Below are positions 17,640 to 29,423 of a stretch of 64,000 nucleotides of DNA, piece after piece (position 1 is the stretch's first letter; every line of letters begins with the position of its first letter). Source of the stretch: Eledone cirrhosa (lineage: Eukaryota); NCBI GenBank assembly GCA_964016885.1, contig OZ024762.1, positions 26,164,001-26,228,000 on the forward strand, in the 5' to 3' direction. Both the position numbers and the translations under genes were made by a program. Under the pieces are notes generated by a model. The model was not told the DNA's origin. It saw only the letters and a program-made list of their open reading frames with translations, and made no database searches.

Positions 17640-19123
17640 TGTGTGTGTCTTGATATATATATATATATATATATATTTTGTCTGTTTGTTTGTTTGTTGG
17701 TTGGCTTTCTTTTTTTTTGTTGTTTGTGATTTTTCGTTGTTTTTTTCGTTGTTTTTGCTGTTGTTGTTGTCGTACTTTGAGAAACTGTGTCTTTATGTGT
17801 CTGTGTATGTGTGTGGCTGTGTGTGGGTGTTGTTGCGTCTCTGTGTGTGTGTGTGTGTGCGTGTGTTTGTGTTTGTGTTGTTGTTGTGTGTGCGTTGTTG
17901 TGTATGGCTGTATGTTTGTGCGTATATTCATATGTGTGTGTGTGTGTGTGCGCGTGTGAGGGTTTGTGTGTATTCGTATGTGTGTGTGTGAGGTTTTGTG
18001 TGTATTCGTGTGTGTATGTGTGTATGTGTGGGTGTGTGAGGGTTTGTGTGTATTCGTATATGTGTATGTGTGTGCGTGTGTGAGGGTTTATGTGTATTCG
18101 TATATGTGTGTGTGTATTCGTGTGTTTCTGTTTGTGTATGTGTGTCTGTGTATTTGTGTATGTATGTGTGTGTTTGTGTATGTGCGTGTGTGTGCTTGTG
18201 TTTGTGTTTGTTTTGTGTGTGTATTCGTGTATGTATATGTGTGTTTGTGTGTGTTTGTATGTCTGTTTGTGTGTGTGTATGTGTTCGTATGCGTGTGTCT
18301 TTGTGTATGTCTGTGTTTCTGTGTGTTATCTGTTGTTGTTTTTCTTGTACTTTGAGTCTTTGTTTGTGTGTACTTTTGTTTGTGTGTGTATGTTTTTATG
18401 TATGTGTTTGTGTGTGGGTGGGTGAATGTGTTTGCGTGTGTTTTATGTGTATGTTTATGTGTGTTTGTTTGTATGTGTTTTTTTTGTTCGTTTGTGTTTA
18501 TGGTTGTGTTTGTGTGTGTGTATGTTTATGTGTGTCTATTTGTATGTTTGCGTGTGTTTTATGTGTGTGAGTGTGTATGTGTGTTTATCTCCGTGTGTGA
18601 GTTGATGGTTGTGTTTGCGTGTTCGCGTGTGTATATCTGTGTATATGTGTGTATATGTGCGTGTGTGTGTTTTTTACTCACTTTACTTAATCACCGACTG
18701 ACATACGATAAACAATATGGCGTCGTTACAGAGACTGATTAAAGATCTCTTGGTATTTAATTGTCGTCATCGCTATCATCATCATCACCATCATCATCAT
18801 CATAATCATCATCATCATCATCATCGTCGTAATATTAATCATCGCCATCATCATCATCATTATCATCATAATCATTATCATCACCACCATGATCAACATT
18901 ATCATCATAATCATCACCATCATCATCATCATAATTATTAATAACATCATTACCATCACCATCATCAACAACATCATTATCGCCATAATCATCGTTATCT
19001 CCATCTTTATAGTCGACGGCGTCGCCATGGTTATCCCGATTAATATATTCGTGATGATGATGATGGTGATGTGATGATTACGGCGTCGACAAACGAACGA
19101 TAATGATGATGATAATGGTCAGC

Positions 19124-19158
<35 letters not shown>

Positions 19159-19268
19159 AATTATGATGATGATGATGGTGATGAGTTTGATGGTGTTGAT
19201 GAAGATGGTGGTGATGATGATGATGATATTGATGATGATGACGCTGATGATCGACATCAACACCATCG

Positions 19269-19310
<42 letters not shown>

Positions 19311-20165
19311 ACAACAATATTATTAATATCATCAAACAGGCGGAGGTTTGAGAGAATCGGTAGATGGCGCTAAACGTTGTTTTGTTCTGACTCTTTACTT
19401 CCTGAGTTCTAATACCATCAATGTCGTCTCTAAATTTCATTCAATCGCGGTCGATAAATGAACTCTAGAAGTTTACTATCCCGAGCCCGGAGGTTGTTTG
19501 GGTCGTTGTTTATCCCGGTCCCTTTGGTGTAGAAGCAACTGAGAGTAAAAGACGCCTCCCCTGGACAGAACGCGAGTCGGGCACAGGGGTGAAGTCTGTC
19601 ACTAGTCCGGATTTCCGTGAAATGAAGCGATGGAGATTAATGGATTGACCCCTGGACAGGGTGCTAGTTTCCCACAGGGTTAAACCCTCAGCTATTGCTG
19701 CTCGTACACATTTTCTACTGAGGAAAATGTAGGGTTTTGCTAATGATAGAGTCAGTGAGAGAGATAGAGCGACAGTGAGGGAGATATAGATAGTGAGAGA
19801 AAGAAGGAGAGAGAGACAGTGAGAGTTAACTAGTTTGAGGGGGATAGAGAGAGAAAGAAACAGGGAGAAAGAGAGCAGTGAGAGAGATGTATATTGTGAG
19901 AGAAAGGTACAGAGATAAATATATTGAGAGAGACAGAGAGAGTGCCAGTGAGAAAGATATAGATAATAAGAGAAAGAAGGAGAGAAAGGGACAGTGAGAG
20001 AAAAATAGAGAGATAAATAGCTTCAGAGAGATAGAGACACCTAAATATATATATATATAAAGAGAGAGAGAGCAGTGAGAGAGATATAGATAGTGAGAGA
20101 AAGATATAGAAATAAATAGCTTGAGAGAGATAGAGATAATGAGATAAAGATAGAGAGCGAGAAAA
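17640..20165. repeat. Low-complexity block: degenerate (GT)n 17640-18670, (CAT)n/(ATG)n 18765-19325, (AG)-rich 19745-20165
   Basis: Direct reading of the sequence. Confidence 0.9.
19490..19725 (-). mobile_element. Old SINE remnant with two partial MetaSINE-like central domains
   Basis: Two CCCCTGGACAG blocks. The minus strand reads AACCCTGTGGGAAACTAGCACCCTGTCCAGGGG...CGCTTCATTTCACGGAAATCCGG, which resembles the Meta domain (from memory). Confidence 0.4.
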
Positions 20166-20389
20166 TGTCGCTACTTAAATTACCAAGACAGAATTAGATA
20201 TTGTCCAAACTCTGTCGTCCTCGGCAGGACATTTATATCTCATTTGGTTCAGCTCTCCATTTATACTTATCACTTTCCAGTTATTGTGGCTCTTTTTATT
20301 TTTATTTTTATTACCTCCCTTCCTTCTCTATCCTCTTCCTTCTCCCGCACCACTCTCCCTCTATCTCTCACTCATTCATTCTCTTTCTC

Positions 20390-20428
<39 letters not shown>

Positions 20429-20660
20429 CAAAAGCCATGAGATTGTTGATTAAGCCAAATAAACAGAAGTCTGTTCATCTGTTTGTAACCTCACCGTTTG
20501 TATTCTCTGAAGAGTAGTCACTCTATAATATAGAAATGAAACATTTAGTGTAGTTGGCGTAAAGATATTGGCATCCATTGATATCATTCTCCTAATTACA
20601 TAGCATAGACACACAGAAACATTGGCGTCAGTACATACTTATATATATATATATATATAT

Positions 20661-20704
<44 letters not shown>

Positions 20705-20711
20705 TTATATA

Positions 20712-21089
20712 TAGTTTTGCGAGGTTTTTTATATGAAATTGTGTGTCGAAACAAATATTGTTATAAATAAATAAACAAATAAATAAATATATAAACAGAC
20801 TAAATAAAAATGTCGTAGACATACAATGCAACGGGAGGAAACAATAGCACCACTGACGATGTTGCAGATGTGCAACGAAAGAACTTTGATAGACTATATA
20901 TATGTGTTTGTGTCTATATTGCATCTGTATTTTTGGCCGTTGGTCAGTCAATGGCAACATTGAGGACCGAATAAATTAAATTAACCGATATAAAAGACAC
21001 AGAAGCGAAAAGCGAAAACCAACCAAACAGTGAGTGTGTTCTGTTATTAATTCTAGCAATATTACACAAATATGACCCTTCCCAAGTAT

Positions 21090-21096
<7 letters not shown>
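20712..21096. mobile_element. PLE family B pLTR (relative of family A) with a short inverted 3' piece and a hammerhead at ~20849-20890
   Basis: Ends ATGACCCTTCCCAAGTATAACAATAT like family A. Core CTGACGA-T-GTTGCA(GATG)TGCAAC-GAAA-GAAC-TT. Matches 35313-35978. Confidence 0.8.
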
Positions 21097-21138
<42 letters not shown>

Positions 21139-21322
21139 TTAGTTTCAGAAGATCCCGTTAAGGGTGAAAGCAGCGATTCTTTGCTTAAACTTTAATCTGT
21201 TATTTTAATAAATATTTGCTCTACGGTTCTTATATATTTTATATATATTTATCCTTATCGAGCCCTCTTTGGATTTTAGTCTTCAAATTTATTATTATTA
21301 CTATATATATATATATATATAT

Positions 21323-22710
21323 ATCGTTTCTGAATTTGTTTAGCAAGGTTCTTTATGTGAAAACGTGTGTTGAAACCGATATATTGCCTGTACTAGACAC
21401 AGAGCTCTGGTTAGAAACCATTAATAACAAAAAACAAATCCTCCATTCCCATTATGCCAAACCCATGACTTCCAAATATCTGATCCACCGAAATTCAGCT
21501 GTTTCGGATCACACAAACATCAACATACTGATTGCGGATTTAGTACGGGTGATGAGGAACGTGTCCCGCATGTGCAACCCCAAAGAACTAGAGAGAGACA
21601 TACAACACTTCATCTACCGTATGCAGTTCTCTGGTTACAATCAGAGAGATAACATCAGAGTATATAGAGGAGGCAGAACCAAATGGGAAAACATGATTAA
21701 TAATGATACAAATGAAACCTGCCCCTTGTATAGGAGCACATTTTGGAATAGAATAGAAAGAACTAGGAATAAGGTTAATATAATAAACTCATGGTATGAT
21801 AGCAATACATAGTAGAGTGTAATGTTCAGCAATACAACCCCTAGAGGTGAATTAGCTTACACATTTAGAAGGGCCCTAGATAAACTTAAACTAAATATTA
21901 AGATAGTAGAAAGACCAGGTACCTTCATAAAAACACTTATTAGTAATACATACCTTTTCAAAGACCTCCCTGTATAGATAAGAAGTGCATAATCTGTAAA
22001 CTAAGCCCCATATTAACTGTAAAACTAGAAACATATTATATAGCATAAGATGTACTGAACGACAATGTAAAGATAAGAATATAGTGAACATAGGTGAGAC
22101 AGCTCGTAGTATAGGAGAACGATTAAATGAACACTGGCGGCAACTTCAAGATAGAAAATATTCATCAGTACTCCACCAACATGCTAAAATAGAACATAAG
22201 GGCAAATTAGAGAACATAGAAGTAAAAATAAAATCTACACACAGAAAAGACGCAATGTTTAGACAAATTCATAAATGAACTCCAACCAAAATTAAATAGA
22301 AAACATGAATGGAATAGCAACATCACAACTAACAATTAAGGAAAAAATGAAAACACACACACAGAGAACAAACAACCAACCAATACCATGTAAATAAACA
22401 AACAAATAAACAAATAAAAAGACACACAGACACCCGGATGTAACACATGCGCAAACTAAGCACACAATACACACAAAAACAAGATGGCGTAGGGCAGAAC
22501 AAAGGAGAGGCACAAAACAAAAAGAAGAATCACCAGTCACTGAAGAGTTCACAGAATGTGTGACGAAAGAACTTTGACAATATATGAACAACCGTCCGGA
22601 TGTGGAACCAACCAACCAACCGGAAATTTATAAATTTAATTTAAAATAAATTGGAGTGAAAGTAACTGGTGCGTGTGTTTCTTATTGGCAACATGACGCT
22701 CCCAAAGTAT

Positions 22711-22715
<5 letters not shown>
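21323..22715 (+). mobile_element. PLE family A 5'-truncated, diverged copy (thumb + GIY-YIG + pLTR) with a 60-bp inverted 3' terminus at its 5' junction
   Basis: LPVLDTELW...KPMTSK...QFSGY...IGETARSIGER, with stops. 21323-21383 is the reverse complement of the ORF start region. Hammerhead at 22536-22578. Confidence 0.92.
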
Positions 22716-22775
<60 letters not shown>

Positions 22776-23280
22776 TCAAGAGTAACCAATCTTAAAGAGA
22801 GAGATGGAGATAGGAGAGGAGAGATTGGTCAATTAGAAGCCAAAGCGTAAAGGCATGTGCTCAATGTGCATTATGCAGTAGAAAGCAGCTAGGTGGCTGG
22901 GTTCATGCAGAAGTTAAGCGCGCAGAGCTGGAAATATTCATTAGTTAAGCAAAACAATACCACAAATTTCACAAGGAAGACATTATTAAAAGATTGTCCA
23001 CATATTTTAGTTTGATGTAAGGAATGTAGAGAATAATTATAATAATATTAATAATAATAATGTCCGTTTACAATAGTTTCGCTACTTCATATAATATTTC
23101 TGGATCAGATGACTATATATCATTATTGATCTGGTTCAGTTGAAAATAATTAACATATTTAAAAACAGAGCGGCTCATCGGAACTTCAAAGGAATATAAA
23201 TTAAAATAAGGTGAGAATATTACATAATGTAATGTTCCATATGGAATATTACATTATGTAACATTCGTACCCTCAATTTA

Positions 23281-25308
23281 TTGAATGGGTTGTATTACCC
23301 GTATAGAAAGACGAATGATACGCTTAATTACATAAGTAAGCATTCCAACCATCCTGCCAGCATAACCAAGAACCTGGTAAGAAACGTTTCGTTGAGGCTT
23401 TCCCGTCTTTCCACCAACGAGCGTATTTTCAACGACCATTCCACTTATTACAATGAAGCTCTTGTTCGAAGTGGATTTGTCGATAAGGTAGCATATACAG
23501 AGTACGAAAATAGACCTAGAAGAAATAGATCCCGTTGCATTTGTTGGTATAACCCACCATATAATATGGAGGTGGCCACACCATTAGCTAAGATCTTTCT
23601 TTCCCTCATTACGAAGCATTTTCCCCCTACACATAAATATAGTAAAAGTTTTAATAGAAATACTATTAAAATTTCTTACTCTACTACACCTAACCTTGCA
23701 CATAACATCACAGCTTCAAATTTAGCTAAACTACCTAGCCGTAGGAACACGTGCAACCCTGTAGTTAGTACCTACTGTAATTGTAGGAATCGGGTTGATT
23801 GCCGCCTTTCCGGGAAATGCCTCTCTAGTAACATTGTCTACAAATGTAAGGTTGTAACACCCACGTCACGTAGGGCCTACATAGGGTTAACCGCCAATAG
23901 ATTCAAGCAGCGTATTTACATGCATACCCATTCTTTTCGTTACCCTCTAAGAAGGAATATGACGTCACTTTCAGCTTATATCTGGAATCTAAAAGACAAC
24001 CACACCCAATATAAGTTACACTGGGAGATCCTAGCTAGGGCTAGATCGTATAACGGAAATAAAAGACCATGTAATCTCTGCGCCGCTGAGGCCCTGGAAA
24101 TACTCTACGCCACAGACCACATCTTAAACAAAAAATTGAGGCAATTTCGGCTTGTAAACATAAATTGCACAAAACTTTCCTCTATTACAGCCCCACGTTA
24201 TACCCTAACGGATAGTACGATCTATACGTGGATATTTTACGTCTTGATGTGGGAGCTAAGTATATGTTTTGTTTATACCATTACTTATTTGCATAGGTAA
24301 GTATATATTACCCGTATCTTTTGTGAAGGTACGTATAACTTCTCGTACGTATATTTGATTGTTTATGTTATGGCGTATAATTTAATATATTCTGGTACAT
24401 ATGGTTTAGCTATGTGTATACGGGAATTTTGCGTCTGTGTGAGTATGCAGGTTCGTACGTATGTAGGGTGTGTGTATATGTGTACTTCATGTTTTGGTTG
24501 ACTTACGTCTCCGAACATTCGTGTATTTACATGTAGGTATGTGTGTGAGCTTGTTATAATACGTATTTATTTATTTATATACGTTTATATAATTATTTAT
24601 TTATTTGTATACACGCATACACACACACACATATTTATATGCGCGTGGTTTTGTGTACCTATGGTAAGTGTTTTGCGTATGCTTGTGTATGTACGTATTT
24701 GTTTGCGTGTATGTATTTATTTATTTCTATTACTTCTGTATTGTATTTATTTACTTTGTTCTTAACTCTGTAGCGGAGATTCATTCGGTCTCCTAGTTAG
24801 AATTTTAGTCTACGACTTCTGCTATACCATTTACGTGGTTTTGTCTTTGCGTGCTATTGTTCTCCATGACAACATATGACGTATTATCTTCGTTTTTTTC
24901 GTTCATTGCCAGAGAACGTCTCTATGAACCACCTAAGAGAACATTAGTCTACGACCTCTTTTATACAATAAACGTGGTTCTGTCTTTGCGTGTAATTGTT
25001 TTTCACCGCTCCTATTAATGACGTATTATTCGTTTTTTCCCGTTCTTTGCCAGGGAACGTTTCCACGAACCAAAGTATCGTCTTCCTGTCTTCCTCCGGT
25101 TGCAACGTTTTTTTAAATATCCACTTCTGCGTTTACAGATTGACTTTGTTAGTTTCAGAAGATCCCGTTATGTGTGAAAGCAGCGATTTTTTGCTTAAAC
25201 TTTAATCTGTTATTTTAATAAATATTTGCTCTACGGTTCTTATATATTTGATATATATTTATCCTTATCGAGCCCTCTTTGGATTTTAGTCTTCAAATTT
25301 ATTATTAT

Positions 25309-25310
<2 letters not shown>
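23281..25310 (+). mobile_element. 5'-truncated PLE family E: thumb + GIY-YIG ORF (23281-24300) and ~1-kb 3' region/pLTR
   Basis: YISKHSNHP, WYNPPY, CNCRNRVDCRLSGKC, IVYKC..AYIGLTANRFKQR, TSLSAYIWNLK, CNLC. The 3' end is shared with stubs at 4999-5215 and 21137-21296. Confidence 0.88.
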
Positions 25311-25369
<59 letters not shown>

Positions 25370-25370
25370 T

Positions 25371-26250
25371 ATTGTTATACTTTGGGAGGGTCATGTTGCC
25401 AATAAGAAACACACGCACCAGTTGCTTTCACTTCAATTTATTATATATTTATAAATTTATAAATTTACAAATCTACAAACTTATAAATTTCTGGTTGGTT
25501 GGTTGGTTCCACAACCAGATAGTTGTTTATATATAGTCATAGTCCTTTCGTCACATACTCTGTGACCTATTCAGTGACTGGGGATTCCTTTCTTTGTTTC
25601 TGTGCCTTTCCTTTCTTCTGTCCTACGCCATCTTGTTTCTGTGTGTGTGTTGTGTGCTCAGTTTGCGCATGCGCCACATCCGCTAGAGGCAAACTAGCCT
25701 ACAAATTTAGAAGGGCCCTAAATAAACATAAACTCAATATTAAGAAAGTAGAAAGACCAGATACCTCCGTAAAAACACTTATTAGCAAGACATACCCGTT
25801 CCAAAGACCCTCATGTATAGATAAGAAATGTATAACCTGTAAAATAAGCCCCCATATTAACTGTAAAACTAGAAATGTAGTGTATAGCATAAGATGTACT
25901 GAAGGACAATGTAGAAACAAAAATATAGTGTACATAGGTGAGACAGCTCGTAGTATAGGGGAACGAATAAATGAACACTGGCGAGACCTTCAAGATAATA
26001 AAGAATCATCTGTGCTCTACCAACATGCTAAGATAGAACACAAGGGTAAATTAGAGAACATAGAAATAAAAATAGAATCCATACACAGAAAAGATGCAAT
26101 GTTTAGGCAAATTACAGAGGCAGTAAGCATAAAAGAATTAAAACCAAAATTAAATAGAAAATATGAGTGGAACAGCAACATCACAACTTACAATTAAGGA
26201 CAAAATGAAAACACACACACACATAGAACAAACAACCAACCAACAACATG

Positions 26251-26281
<31 letters not shown>

Positions 26282-26692
26282 ACAAATAGATAAATGAACA
26301 CAAACACACACAGACCCCCGGATGTGGCGCATGCGCAAACTGAGCACACAACACACACACAGAAACAAAATGGCGTAGGACAGAAGAAAGGAAAGGCACA
26401 GAAACAAAGAAAGGAATCCCCAGTCACTGAAGAGGTCACAGAGTGTGTGACGAAAGGACTATGTCTATATCTAAACAACTATCTGGTTGTGGAACCAACC
26501 AACCAACCAGAAATTTATAAGTTTGTAGATTTGTAAATTTATAAATTTATAAATATATAATAAATTGAAGTGAAAGCAACTGGTGCGTGTGTTTCTTATT
26601 GGCAACATGACCCTCCCAAAGTATAACAATATCGGTTTCAACACACGATTTCAGATAAAGAATCTTGCTAAACAAATTCAGAAACGAAATAT
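25371..26692. mobile_element. PLE family A head-to-head insertion: inverted pLTR (25371-25682) fused to GIY-YIG + pLTR (25683-26692)
   Basis: The chimeric ORF 25523-26197 spans the junction. Its C-terminal part is near-identical to 32228-33109. Confidence 0.93.
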
Positions 26693-26914
26693 ATATATAT
26701 ATATATATATGTGTGTGTATGTATGAATGTATAACAAATTTAATGCAATATCAATTTGCTTTCCTGATGATTTTCTTTGAAGGAAACAGTTATAATCCTG
26801 TAGAAGCCATTTCCACATTAAATTTGTTGTACACACTTTACTATTGTATTGAGTACCTGACTTACTTCCGTTACCCCCGTTTGAACCTGGTACTCTTTTT
26901 CTGTCTCTCTTACT

Positions 26915-26945
<31 letters not shown>

Positions 26946-26996
26946 TTTCATATATATACATACATGCACGCCATATATGTATATATATATATATAC

Positions 26997-27077
<81 letters not shown>

Positions 27078-27329
27078 TGGGGGGAGGAGGATGGAAAAGT
27101 TAATGTCGTTTATAGCTTCTCGCATAATCTCGTGGTACTCTACGTTGAGCGCGAAATATATTTTTGTATCTTGCAGTAGTATAGGATTTCAAAATTGCTA
27201 ACCATTCGTTGACCTAGCTAAAAGTGATGGGTTAAAATTTCACAAAAAAAATGGTATTATTTAAACTAATATAAATATTGATGTACTTATGTGCTGAGAT
27301 GCTATAACATAGCTTATAACATAAGGTAA

Positions 27330-27800
27330 GATGATGACCCTTCATGATCATGATCCGAAAGCCTCAGCCGAAATGGACTCAACAATTGATCTCCACGTGG
27401 GTCTGTCGTTCATTGCCGTTAGCTAGTCCTGGATTTCAATACCAGAGTCTCTGGAGATGACATCGGGGTAGAAGAGCTTGTACCCCTGTTATTAATGACT
27501 GCTTCTGGTTTCCAAAGCCCTAATGGGGACACAGCCTCATAGGTGGCCAGCAAATCTTACTCTCCTTTTACGTAAAAACGTAAAACGACAGATATCCGTG
27601 GGGGGTCGGCATATTTCTCTCTCAAAGGCAGATGTCTGCAGCTTGTGTTCGGAATGCGTTAAAGCAGGCGAGTATAAGTGCCATCAAGGTGCTTTTGTTG
27701 GCCCTTAAAAAATTGATGGCAAGTTCTTTTTCCGTCTTTAAGGGTCTCCAGCCTAACCCTTTTTATAAGCTATTTCACAGAATCTCGGCGCATAAGCACA
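27330..27800 (-). mobile_element. Decayed 3' end of an RTE/RTE-X-like LINE
   Basis: Minus-strand fragments QKHLDGTYTRLL, RRVRFAGH, YPDVISRDSG and AMNDRPTWRSIV. Confidence 0.6.
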
Positions 27801-27924
27801 CTGCACTTTATATATACTTCATCCATGGATGATTTATATAAACTTCAGCTGGAGAAAATCTGTTGTCGAAATATATCTTCATTCTAATACCATTACTTTT
27901 ATGATATTTAGAAACGTAACATAT

Positions 27925-27972
<48 letters not shown>

Positions 27973-28097
27973 GCGCGCATACATAACACATACACATACA
28001 CACACACACGCATACACAACACATACACGTTCACACACACACACATATATATAGAGAGATATAGATATATGTATATATGCATATATATATATAGATA

Positions 28098-29142
28098 TTT
28101 CGTTTCTGAATTTGTTTAGCAAGATTCTTTATCTGAAATCGTGTGTTGAAACCGATATTGTTATACTTTGGGAGGGTGATGTTGCCAATAAGAAACACAC
28201 GCACCAGTTGCTTTCACTTCAATTTATTATATATTTATAAATTTACAAATTTATAAATTTATAAATTTCTGGTTGGTTGGTTGGTTCCACAACCAGATAG
28301 TCCTTTCGTCACACACTCTGTGACCTCTTCAGTGACTGGGGATTCCTTTCTTTGTTTCTGTGCCTCTCCTTTGTTCTGTCCTACGCCATTTTGTTTCTGT
28401 GTGTGTGTTGTGTGCTCAGTTTGCGCATGCGCCACATCCGGGTGTTTGTGTGTGTTTATGTTCATTTATCTATTTGTTTATTTATTTATTTAATTACATG
28501 TTATTGGTTGGTTGTTTGTTCTATGTGTGTGTGTGTTTTCATTTTGTCCTTAATTGTAAGTTGTGACGTTGCTGTTCCACTCATATTTTCTATTTAATTT
28601 TGGTTGTAATTCTTTTATGTTTATTGCCTCTGTAATTTGTCTAAACATTGCATCTTTTCTGTGTGTAGATTCTATTTTTATTTCTATGTTCTCTAATTTA
28701 CCCTTGTGTTCTATCTTAGCATGTTGGTAGTGTACAGATGATTCTTTATTATCTTGAAGGTCTCGCCAGTGTTCATTTATCCGTTCCCCTATACTACGAG
28801 CTGTCTCACCTATGTACACTATATTTTTGTTTCTACATTGTCCTTCAGTACATCTTATGCTATACACTACATTTCTAGTTTTACAGTTAATATGGGGGCT
28901 TATTTTACAGGTTATACATTTCTTATCTATACATGAGGGTCTTTGAAAAGGGTGTCTTGCTAATAAGTGTTTTTACGGAGGTACCTGGTCTTTCTACTAT
29001 CTTAATATTGAGTTTATGTTTATTTAGGGCCCTTCTAAATGTGTAGGCTAGTTCGCCTCTAGGGGTTGTATCGATGAACATTACACTCTGGTATTTATTG
29101 CTATCATACCATGAGTTTATTCTATTAGCCTTGTTACTAGTT
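28098..29142 (-). mobile_element. Inverted 3' kilobase (GIY-YIG + pLTR) of PLE family A, fused head-to-head to the full-length copy
   Basis: Reverse complement of ~32523-33528 plus the ORF start region. ORF 28550-28867 encodes GIY-YIG. Confidence 0.93.
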
Positions 29143-29246
29143 CCGGATGTGGCGCATGCGCAAACTGAGCACACAACACACACACAGAAACAAAATGGCG
29201 TAGGACAGAACAAAGGTGAGGCACAGAAACAAAGAAAGGAATCCCC

Positions 29247-29291
29247 AGTCACTGAAGAGGTCACAGAGTGTGTGACGAAAGGACTATGACT
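29247..29291 (+). ncRNA. Minimal type-I hammerhead in the 5' pLTR (family A)
   Basis: AGTCA-CTGAAGA-G-GTCACA(GAGTG)TGTGAC-GAAA-GGAC-TA-TGACT. Confidence 0.85.
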
Positions 29292-29423
29292 ATATATAAA
29301 CAACTATCTGGTTGTGGAACCAACCAACCAACCAGAAATCTATAAATTTATAAATTTGTAAATTTATAAATATATAATAAATTGAAGTGAAAGCAACTGG
29401 TGCGTGTTTTTCTTATTGGCAAC

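Noticed and set aside
18717-19440. Poly-His, poly-Met and poly-Ile ORFs
   Set aside because: (CAT)n/(ATG)n repeats that switch strand; no coherent gene structure.
25523-29303. Novel fusion proteins beginning MFIYSHSPFVTHSV
   Set aside because: Antisense pLTR reading frames joined by chance to the endonuclease ORF at inversion junctions.
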